64,000 nucleotides of DNA from an uncultured Gemmatimonadaceae bacterium (GTDB lineage Bacteria; Gemmatimonadota; Gemmatimonadetes; Gemmatimonadales; Gemmatimonadaceae). The notes under the pieces are model-generated. The model saw only the letters and a list, made by a program, of their open reading frames with translations. It was not told the origin of the DNA and did not search any database. Numbering within the stretch: the stretch's first letter is position 1; each line of letters starts with the position of its first letter. Positions 48,161-54,961 of this stretch are shown in pieces. The stretch is from assembly GCA_963846925.1 (NCBI GenBank), contig CAWJXW010000007.1, positions 5,495 to 69,494 on the forward strand. The letters are read 5' to 3'. The position numbers were made by a program, and so were the translations under genes.

Positions 48161-48763
48161 ATGGACGCGAAGGATCTCACGACCTACCTCGGGTTGGCCG
48201 CGGTCTATCTCCTGAGCTTCAACGTGCTCCTCGGGCTCCTCATGGGGGCCCGCTACAACACGTGGAAGCGCTGGCCGCACCGCCGGATGAACATTCTCAA
48301 GCTGCACAACTGGACGGCCTACGTCGGGCTGGGCCTGTCCGTGCTGCACCCGGTCCCGCTGCTCTTTCTCGACAAGCCGCACTTCCGCCTGTTCGACGTC
48401 CTCTGGCCAATCCAATCGCCCGAGCAGCCGACGATCAACATGCTCGGCGCGATCGCGCTCTATCTCATCGCGTTCACCGTCGTGACGTCGATTTACCGCG
48501 CCGAGATCGGCCGGCAGCGGTGGAAGCCGCTCCACTACCTCACGTACGCCGTCGCGCTGCTCCTCGTCATCCACGGCACGTTCACGGACCAGAATCTCGA
48601 CAACTCGAACGTCGACATCTGGGACGGCGAGAAGGTCGGGATCATGGCGTGCGGCGCCGTGATCCTCGTCGCCACCGGCTTTCGGTTCCGGCAGACCGCG
48701 CGTCACCCGAAATACCATCCGCCGGAGACGGCTCGCGCCGGCGCCGGCGGTGAGGCCGGCTGA
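48161..48763 (+). CDS. ferric-reductase-like transmembrane-domain protein (MsrQ/YedZ-like)
   Basis: ORF 47936..48763, with the start taken at ATG 48161. It has about 5-6 TM spans with conserved His positions (LHNW, VLHP, VIHG). Confidence 0.6.
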   Translation: MDAKDLTTYLGLAAVYLLSFNVLLGLLMGARYNTWKRWPHRRMNILKLHNWTAYVGLGLSVLHPVPLLFLDKPHFRLFDVLWPIQSPEQPTINMLGAIALYLIAFTVVTSIYRAEIGRQRWKPLHYLTYAVALLLVIHGTFTDQNLDNSNVDIWDGEKVGIMACGAVILVATGFRFRQTARHPKYHPPETARAGAGGEAG

Positions 48764-48773
48764 CACACATAGG

Positions 48774-49532
48774 TCAGGGTTTCGACTTCGTCTGGTCGAG
48801 CGCCTCGCGAAGTCCCCGCGCCAACTTGAGCGCGTCGTCGTTCGCCCAGAAGTGCATGAAGTAGAGTTGAGGATCCGAGTCGACGAGGTGGCTGTGAAGC
48901 GCCGTCACGTCGATGCCGTTCTTCTTGAACGCGCGAATCACCGGATTCACCTCGCTTCCGCGCAGCACGAAGTCGCCGGTGATCGCCGCCTTGCCCCCCC
49001 CCGTGCCGGTGGGCTGGAAGTTGATGGCCGTCGCCACGCCCATCGACGGCGGAAGGGAATGGCCCATCTCCATGATCGTCTCGCTCCGCGGAACGCTGAT
49101 CTGATAGACGCTTCCGTTGAGCCGTCCCGATACCCCGAGCGCCTTGGCGATCGCGCCCGTGTCCAACTCCGCGGCCGGTGCCGCCGCCGCGGGCGCCGCG
49201 CCGATTGGTGTCGCGCTCTTGGCGAGGGCCGAATGGACCGTGGCGGCGATCTTCGCCGGATCGCCTTCGGTCATGATGTGCATGTAGGTGATGTGCGGCG
49301 ATTCGTTGAGCAGGTGATTGTGCACGGCGCTCTGCTCGACTCCGCCGGCTTGAAGAGCCGCCATCACCGGCCCGACCTCGTTGTCGAGCAGCACGAGGTC
49401 GCCCATCGCGAGCGCCTTGCCCGCGCCGGTCGGCAAGAACGCGACCCAACTGCCGAGCGCGAAGGCCGGTTTGAGCGTGACGTCTCCGACGCGGACGGTG
49501 AGATCGGTCCGCGGAAAATTGAACCGCATCAC
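48774..49532 (-). CDS. DUF1259 (LpqO-like) domain protein; N-terminal signal peptide lies in another frame
   Basis: 252-aa ORF with two DUF1259-like halves (...VHNHLLNESPHITYMHI... and ...ALHSHLVDSDPQLYFMHFW...). Upstream, ATG 49677 encodes MSTTMSIRIALAATLA. That joins LGTVAFAQAAPQPDRWSGAETAFGRKGVPQAADVMRFNF only after a 1-nt frame change near 49625-49640. 48774..49677 is 904 nt (3n+1). Confidence 0.75.
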   Translation of the reverse strand: MMRFNFPRTDLTVRVGDVTLKPAFALGSWVAFLPTGAGKALAMGDLVLLDNEVGPVMAALQAGGVEQSAVHNHLLNESPHITYMHIMTEGDPAKIAATVHSALAKSATPIGAAPAAAAPAAELDTGAIAKALGVSGRLNGSVYQISVPRSETIMEMGHSLPPSMGVATAINFQPTGTGGGKAAITGDFVLRGSEVNPVIRAFKKNGIDVTALHSHLVDSDPQLYFMHFWANDDALKLARGLREALDQTKSKP

Positions 49533-49703
49533 GTCGGCGGCCTGCGGAACTCCCTTTCGTCCGAATGCGGTCTCGGCGCCCGACCATCGATCCGGTTGTG
49601 GGGCTGCCTGCGCGAAGGCGACGGTGCCGAGCCAGAGTCGCGGCGAGCGCGATGCGAATGCTCATTGTAGTGCTCATGCAAACCTCGAGGCAGTACGGTG
49701 GCG

Positions 49704-50951
49704 TCATTTGTGATTCGCGGCGATCGAATCCAGCGCGTCGGCGAACCGGTCTACTTCCTCCAGCGTCGTGTATAGATAGCACGACGCTCGAACGGCGCCG
49801 CGCTGGCCGAATCGTTCGAGCAGCGGGAGGGACGCCAGATCGCCGGCGCGCACGGCGATGCCGCGCTCGTCGAGCGCGATGGCGACGGCGGGCGGAGTCA
49901 TACCGTCGAGCGTGAACGAGAAGACGCCGACTCGATCCGACACGGAGTCGCTGCCGAGAAGGTGCACGCCGCGAATCCCGCGTACGCGATCGAGGAAGTG
50001 GCGGGTGATCGACTGCTCGTGCGCCCACGTCCGCGCGCGACCGAGCGCCGAGAGAAAATCAGCGGCCGCTGCCAGGCCGACCGCGCCGGACACGTTCGGG
50101 GTTCCCGCGCCGAACTTGAGTGCCGCGTCCGACAGAGCCGCTGAATCCACGCCGACGTCGTGCGCCATGTTGCTGCCGAACTGGTAGGGTGGCATTTCCT
50201 CGAGGAGAGCGCGACGGGCCCACAGCACGCCGACGCCCATCGGCCCGCACATCTTGTGGCTCGAGAAAGCCATGAAGTCGCAGTCGAGCTCGCGTACGCT
50301 CACCGCCAGGTGCGGAACTGATTGCGCGGCATCGAGGAGCAGAAACGCGCCGGCGCGGTGCGCCGCGTCGGCGAGCGCCCGTACCGGGTTGACGATGCCC
50401 AGCACGTTGGAGACGTGGCTCACCGCGACGATGCGCACGCGCGACGTGAGCTTGGCCATGAAGTCATCGACGTCGGTGCGGCCGTCGTCGGTCAATCCGA
50501 AATAGCGAACGACGCTGCCCGTTCGCCGAGCGAGGTGCTGCCACGGGAGCATGTTCGACGCGTGCTCGCCGATTCCGACGAGGATCTCGTCGCCTTGGCG
50601 GACGTTGCTCGGTCCCCAGGCGGCGGCAACGAGATTGATCGCTTCGGTCGTGCCGCGCGTGAAGGCGACCTCGAGCGGATCGGAGACGCCGACGAAGCGT
50701 GCGACGGTTGCTCGCGCGTCCTCATAGCGTGTGTTCGCGTGGCGGGCGAGGGCGTGGAGGGTCGCCGATGGGTTGGCGTTTTCGCCTTCGTAGAACGCCG
50801 TGATCGCGTCGATCACCTGGCGCGGGCGGTGGGACGTGGCGGCGGTGTCGAGGTAGACGACCTGGCGCCCGTCGATCGTCTTGGCCAAGGCGGGGAAGTG
50901 GCTTCGCCAAGCTTCGACGTTCTCCGCCGGCGGATCAGCGAGGACTTGCAT
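49704..50951 (-). CDS. class V aminotransferase / cysteine desulfurase (SufS/CsdA-like)
   Basis: YLDTAATSHRP, VSHVSNVLG and the PLP lysine context FSSHKMCGPMGVGVL are present. The C-terminal RAS-C-YLYTT contains the candidate catalytic Cys. The start is taken at ATG 50951 (the ORF begins at TTG 50981). Confidence 0.85.
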   Translation of the reverse strand: MQVLADPPAENVEAWRSHFPALAKTIDGRQVVYLDTAATSHRPRQVIDAITAFYEGENANPSATLHALARHANTRYEDARATVARFVGVSDPLEVAFTRGTTEAINLVAAAWGPSNVRQGDEILVGIGEHASNMLPWQHLARRTGSVVRYFGLTDDGRTDVDDFMAKLTSRVRIVAVSHVSNVLGIVNPVRALADAAHRAGAFLLLDAAQSVPHLAVSVRELDCDFMAFSSHKMCGPMGVGVLWARRALLEEMPPYQFGSNMAHDVGVDSAALSDAALKFGAGTPNVSGAVGLAAAADFLSALGRARTWAHEQSITRHFLDRVRGIRGVHLLGSDSVSDRVGVFSFTLDGMTPPAVAIALDERGIAVRAGDLASLPLLERFGQRGAVRASCYLYTTLEEVDRFADALDSIAANHK

Positions 50952-51045
50952 CGAACGCTCCGGATGATTCAATTGAATCAATGGAGCTTCTAACGTATCT
51001 CAGCTTCGAGAACGCCGCCAGTGCGCCGCCCAAGTGCCGCTCGCG

Positions 51046-51810
51046 ATGAACGACGCAGCCGGCTGGCTCCTCTTCCTTCACCAACTGCCGCCCAAACCAG
51101 ACTACCTGCGCGTGAAGGTGCGCCGCCGCCTCAAGGGTCTCGGCGCCGCGTTGGTCAAGAACACTGTCTACGTGCTCCCCAACTCCGACGAAGCGCTCGA
51201 GGACTTTCAGTGGCTGCGGGAGGAGATCGTCGCCCAGGGCGGCACGGCCATCATCGCCGAGGCGTCGTTTGTCGAGGGTATATCGGATGAGGAATTGCAC
51301 GCCATGGTAGAGAGCGCTCGCGCGGACGCAGCCGACGTCCAGCCCGCCGACTCACCCACGGAGACGATCGAGCCCGGACGCACGTGGGTCACGCGGCAGG
51401 GCGTCTTCGTCGATCGCATTGCGAGCGCGTGGCTCGTCCGCCGCACGATCGATCCGCGAGGGCGCTTCAAGTTCGTGGCGGCGCGCGGCTACAAGCCGCT
51501 TCCGAATGAAGTGCGCTTCGACATGGTCGGCGCGGAATTCACCCACGTCGGCGAGGACTGCACGTTCCAGACGCTGCTGCGCCGATTCGGCCTGGATGAC
51601 CCGGCGCTGGCGGCGATCGGCGAGGTCGTCCACGACATCGACTGCAAGGATGAGAAGTTCGCGCGCCCGGAGACCGCCGGCGTGTCGGGCGTGCTGCGCG
51701 GCATCGCCGACAGCACGAAGGGCGACGACGAACGCCTCGAGCGCGGCTTCAGGGTCTTCGAGGATCTCTACCTGTTCTACTCGTCGAGGCGAGGGGGGAG
51801 GGAAGCATGA
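51046..51810 (+). CDS. ChrB-family (chromate-resistance regulator-like) protein
   Basis: The ChrB N-domain signature is WLLFLHQLPPKPDYLRVKVRRRLKGLGAALVKNTVYVLP. The C-terminal half is WVTRQGVFVDRIASAWLVRR.IDP...F. Confidence 0.7.
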   Translation: MNDAAGWLLFLHQLPPKPDYLRVKVRRRLKGLGAALVKNTVYVLPNSDEALEDFQWLREEIVAQGGTAIIAEASFVEGISDEELHAMVESARADAADVQPADSPTETIEPGRTWVTRQGVFVDRIASAWLVRRTIDPRGRFKFVAARGYKPLPNEVRFDMVGAEFTHVGEDCTFQTLLRRFGLDDPALAAIGEVVHDIDCKDEKFARPETAGVSGVLRGIADSTKGDDERLERGFRVFEDLYLFYSSRRGGREA

Positions 51811-52265
51811 AATGGGTCACCCGCGAACGTCCGAAGATCGACCGCGTGGCATGTCCGTGGCTCATCGCGCGGTTCATCGACAAGGAGCCCGAGTTCCTGT
51901 TCGTTCCGCCGGCCCAGGTTCGAAGCGTGGCCGCGTCGACGGGCGCCATCCCATACGACGTGGAGGGCGTCGAGCTCACGCATGACGGGCCTTTGTGCAG
52001 CTTCGACGCACTGCTCGCGAAGTACGATCTCGCGTCGAATCCCGCGCTCAGCGACCTTGCGGTCATCGTGCGGGGCGCCGACACGGCGCGTCTCGATTTG
52101 TCCCCGCAATGTGCCGGGCTGCTCGCGATCTCGCTCGGCCTCTCTCGGCTATTCGCGGACGATCATGAGCAGATCCAGCACGGATTTGTGATGTACGACG
52201 CGCTGTTGGCGTGGTTGAGAGAGGCGCGGGGGGAGACGCACACGTGGAACCCGCAGCGATCTTAG
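51807..52265 (+). CDS. ChrB C-terminal-domain-like protein
   Basis: 152 aa: MKWVTRERPKIDRVACPWLIARFIDKEPEFLFVP. It is a paralogue of the C-terminal half of the preceding gene, and its start overlaps the upstream stop. Confidence 0.7.
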   Translation: MKWVTRERPKIDRVACPWLIARFIDKEPEFLFVPPAQVRSVAASTGAIPYDVEGVELTHDGPLCSFDALLAKYDLASNPALSDLAVIVRGADTARLDLSPQCAGLLAISLGLSRLFADDHEQIQHGFVMYDALLAWLREARGETHTWNPQRS

Positions 52266-52335
52266 CGGGCCCGTTCATTGCACTGGCATTCGGGCTACGT
52301 CAGAATTGTGATCCTGCCCTTGATGAGGGAAGCCG

Positions 52336-52644
52336 GTGAACCAAAGGTTCTCGATTGGCGGCGGCGACCCAGAGCGAGAGACCATTCGCCGGTTCACCGA
52401 TGCGAAGGGGCTCGAGTGGGCAGTCTATGCCGTCGTGAACCCGCCTGTCGAGGGGGGAACCGAGGGCGGAATTCCGAGCACGTTTCTATGCTTTGAGCGC
52501 GGGGTGGACCGCCGACGGCTGGCGCCGATACCGGACGACTGGAAGTACTGCGCGTCCACGGAGCTCGGTGAATATCTCGAAAGAGCGCGGGCTGTTCATA
52601 GATCGTTTGCGAGCCCGGATCAATTTCGCGAGAGAAGGCGATAA
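52336..52644 (+). CDS. hypothetical protein
   Basis: 102-aa ORF with normal composition. The pattern ...EW.V..V........G.PS.FLCFE......RRL.P.PDDW......EL..YL resembles small conserved hypotheticals of this clade, as far as I recall. Not verified. Confidence 0.45.
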   Translation: MNQRFSIGGGDPERETIRRFTDAKGLEWAVYAVVNPPVEGGTEGGIPSTFLCFERGVDRRRLAPIPDDWKYCASTELGEYLERARAVHRSFASPDQFRERRR

Positions 52645-52705
52645 GACCGACGGCCGCGGCAGGGGCGCCCGCGGTCAAGCCGAGCCACACCCGTCCCTCG
52701 GACAC

Positions 52706-52740
52706 CCAAAAAGCAAAAGCGCCGCGTTAGCTCGCGGCGC
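52706..52740 (-). terminator. intrinsic terminator overlapping the stop of the 52727..52927 gene
   Basis: The minus strand reads GCGCCGCG-AGCUAA-CGCGGCGC followed by UUUUGCUUUUUG. Confidence 0.6.
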
Positions 52741-52927
52741 TCAGCAATTTCGATATCCGATCCCGGATGGCTCGGCCTTCAGCGCGCGTCATCTGCAGCG
52801 GGCCACCGCGGCGCGTTTGGCGGGCGGCGACGGCTGCCGAGAGCAGCAGGGCCCGCAACTGGCGCCGACGCTTGTCGGCGCCCTGGACCCGAAATGTTGG
52901 CTCGCGTTCCTCGATTCGATCCGACAT
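52727..52927 (-). CDS. hypothetical small basic protein
   Basis: 66-aa ORF with a good SD (GAGGAAGG, 3 nt before the ATG) and a terminator at its 3' end. Confidence 0.45.
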   Translation of the reverse strand: MSDRIEEREPTFRVQGADKRRRQLRALLLSAAVAARQTRRGGPLQMTRAEGRAIRDRISKLLSAAS

Positions 52928-52999
52928 ACCTTCCTCGAAAGCAAATGGAGTGCCGATCTTGAGTATCGGGGGACTCCAGTTTTGCCTTAACTTTCGTCC

Positions 53000-53827
53000 A
53001 TGTCGTTACAGCTAGGGACGGCGGGGCAGGCTCCAGAGACCCTCGAGGGCTGGTACGCCCTGCATCAGGTCTTTACGCACGATGCGGGCGCGCACGTATC
53101 AGGCAGCGACGCCCGCAGCGAATCGACACAGCCGCTGCCGTCCGTCCCGGCAGACGCCGACGGGTGGAGTGCGTACGCGCGACTGATCGGCAGCAGGCAC
53201 GACGTGCTCGCGGTGCACCTCCGTCCGACGCTCGACGAGATCGGCCACGTGGGGAGACAGACGCGATGTTGGGCCAGCGACCACGGACTCGCGCTCGACT
53301 ACAGCTTCCTGAGCGTCACCGAGGCCGGGCTCTATCATCTCACGGCGCAGCTTGCTCGCGAAGCCGCGCAGCGCGGGGCTGAGGGTGGAGGGCCGCCGAT
53401 CGACCCCGCCGAGGCGGCGAAGCAAATGGCCGCGCGTGCGTCGCAGGAGCGTGAGAACCCCCACGTCGCGAGGCGGCTGTACCCGACGGTTCCCCCGGAC
53501 ATGCCGTACCTCTGCTTCTACCCGATGACGAAGCGCCGCGAGGCAGGGCAGAACTGGTACACGCTCACGCTCGACGAACGCAGCCGCCTCATGCTGGCGC
53601 ACGGCCAGACGGGGAGGCGCTACGCAGGACGCGTCCTGCAGATCATCACCGGCGCAATCGGCTTCGACGCGTGGGAGTGGGGGGTGACCCTCTTCGCCAA
53701 GGATCCGATCGACTTCAAGAAGCTCGTCACCGACATGCGGTTCGACGAGGTGAGCGCCAAGTACGCCGAGTTCGGCGAGTTCTTCGTCGGGAAGCTGACG
53801 CCGCCGGCAGAGCTCCTCCGCAGTTAG
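53000..53827 (+). CDS. chlorite dismutase-family protein (HemQ / coproheme decarboxylase-like)
   Basis: 275 aa with LEGWYALHQVF, FLSVTEAGLYH, YLCFYPMTKRR...NWY.L, the candidate heme-proximal His in MLAHG, and ITGAIGFDAWEWGVTLFAKDP..FKKLV..MRFDE. Confidence 0.8.
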   Translation: MSLQLGTAGQAPETLEGWYALHQVFTHDAGAHVSGSDARSESTQPLPSVPADADGWSAYARLIGSRHDVLAVHLRPTLDEIGHVGRQTRCWASDHGLALDYSFLSVTEAGLYHLTAQLAREAAQRGAEGGGPPIDPAEAAKQMAARASQERENPHVARRLYPTVPPDMPYLCFYPMTKRREAGQNWYTLTLDERSRLMLAHGQTGRRYAGRVLQIITGAIGFDAWEWGVTLFAKDPIDFKKLVTDMRFDEVSAKYAEFGEFFVGKLTPPAELLRS

Positions 53828-53832
53828 CCGTA

Positions 53833-53932
53833 CCGGTCCACCGGTCCACCGGTCCACCGGTCCACCGGTCCACCGGTCCACCGGTCCACCGGTCCACCGG
53901 TCCACCGGTCCACCGGTCCACCGGTCCACCGG
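53833..53932. repeat. perfect octanucleotide tandem array (CCGGTCCA) x 12.5
   Basis: Counted directly: 12 perfect 8-bp units from 53833 to 53928, plus CCGG. It starts 5 nt after the HemQ-like stop and ends 65 nt before ATG 53998. Confidence 0.95.
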
Positions 53933-53997
53933 CCGAGAAACCATCCCGCCCCTCGCCTCGTACGGACTTCCGTCACGCTACCAGAGGCCGGGCGACA

Positions 53998-54420
53998 ATG
54001 TGGTCGGCGATCAAATGGCTGTTGCTGCGCATCGCGGCGATCCGCTGGGTCTTCAAGCTCGGCTGGCTCGGCCTGCTGATCCCGATTGCGTTCGTGCTCA
54101 AGACGATCGGGCTGCCGCTCCTGCTCATTCTGCTGGTCCTGGCGCTCCCCGTCCTGTTCATGTTCTTCGTGTTCGGGCTGCCGGTGTTCCTCGTCGTAAT
54201 GGCCGGCGGCGCGTTCATGGGGCTCGTGAGCTTCGTGCTGACGCTCAGCTTCGCGGTGCTCAAGATCGCCCTCTTCGTCGTCCTCCCGATCTGGCTCGTG
54301 TTCGCCATCGCGCCGCGGATCGCGCGGTGGTTCAAGGGTGGAAACGGCGGAGGCGAATCGAAGCCGAGTACCCCGCCAAGTCCCGCATCGGAGAGCGGAA
54401 GCGACTTCGACCCCGAGTAG
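53998..54420 (+). CDS. hypothetical polytopic membrane protein (paralogue A)
   Basis: This is the in-frame tail of ORF 53671..54420 from ATG 53998, 140 aa. It is extremely hydrophobic (IGLPLLLILLVLALPVLFMFFVFGLPVFLVV...) with a Gly/Ser/Pro acidic tail. Confidence 0.6.
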   Translation: MWSAIKWLLLRIAAIRWVFKLGWLGLLIPIAFVLKTIGLPLLLILLVLALPVLFMFFVFGLPVFLVVMAGGAFMGLVSFVLTLSFAVLKIALFVVLPIWLVFAIAPRIARWFKGGNGGGESKPSTPPSPASESGSDFDPE

Positions 54421-54425
54421 GACAG

Positions 54426-54451
54426 GCGGTCCACCGGTCCACCGGTCCACC
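54426..54451. repeat. second short array of the same octamer (about 3.25 copies)
   Basis: The sequence is GCGGTCCA CCGGTCCA CCGGTCCA CC. It starts 5 nt after the stop of paralogue A and ends 23 nt before ATG 54475. Confidence 0.85.
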
Positions 54452-54474
54452 AGGTTTTTTCAGGAGCTGTCACC

Positions 54475-54819
54475 ATGTTCGGCCTCGTCCGCGCGTTGTT
54501 CTTCGGAGCCCTCGCGCTCGTCGTGCTGGTCCCGGTCGGGATTCTGCTCGCCGTGATCGGGCTGCCGGTGATCGCCGTGCTGGGTATCGTCGCGCTGCCG
54601 ATCCTGCTCGTGCTCTTCCTCATCGGACTGCCGTTTCTCATTCTGTTCGCCGTCGTGCTGGGATTACTCGGCGCGGTGTTCGGCGTCGTGATGGCGTTCC
54701 TATCGCTGGGATTCGTCGTGCTCAAGGTGGCGTTGCTCGTGCTGATCCCGATCATGATCATCGGATGGATCGTGCGCCGTGTCATGGGCCCATCGGACGA
54801 CTATCGGCTTCGCGTCTGA
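54475..54819 (+). CDS. hypothetical polytopic membrane protein (paralogue B)
   Basis: 114 aa, preceded by CAGGAG. It aligns by eye with paralogue A (IGLPVIAVLGIVALPILLVLFLIGLPFLILF...VVLKVALLVLIPI). Confidence 0.6.
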   Translation: MFGLVRALFFGALALVVLVPVGILLAVIGLPVIAVLGIVALPILLVLFLIGLPFLILFAVVLGLLGAVFGVVMAFLSLGFVVLKVALLVLIPIMIIGWIVRRVMGPSDDYRLRV

Positions 54820-54961
54820 GCAGTCTGAAGCACAAAGCTTCCTTAGCCTGATATAACAAGTCGCGAAAGACGGCGATTCGAGCGCGTCGAGCCTGGCTCC
54901 GCGCTGCGCCGCCGTCATCGCGCGCGATTCCCGGTCTCCATTCTGCAATTGTAGCGGCCGA

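Noticed and set aside
48703-50028. 441-aa minus-strand ORF spanning DUF1259 and the SufS 3' end
   Set aside because: It is a shadow frame. Only its short MSTTMSIRIALAATLA segment is meaningful, as the displaced signal peptide of the DUF1259 gene (reported as a finding).
53833-53932. Considered whether the repeat array could be a CRISPR array
   Set aside because: The units are 8 bp and directly abutting, with no spacers. No cas genes are present in the window.
53099-53944. ORFs encoding PVDRWTGG / PVHRSTGP repeat proteins (53099..53944 -, 53727..53921 -, 53824..54450 -, and the N-terminal part of 53671..54420 +)
   Set aside because: They are produced by the 8-bp tandem array, which is stop-free in all six frames. 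The 8-bp period is incompatible with selection on one reading frame. The minus ORFs also run antisense to the HemQ-like gene and the membrane-protein genes.
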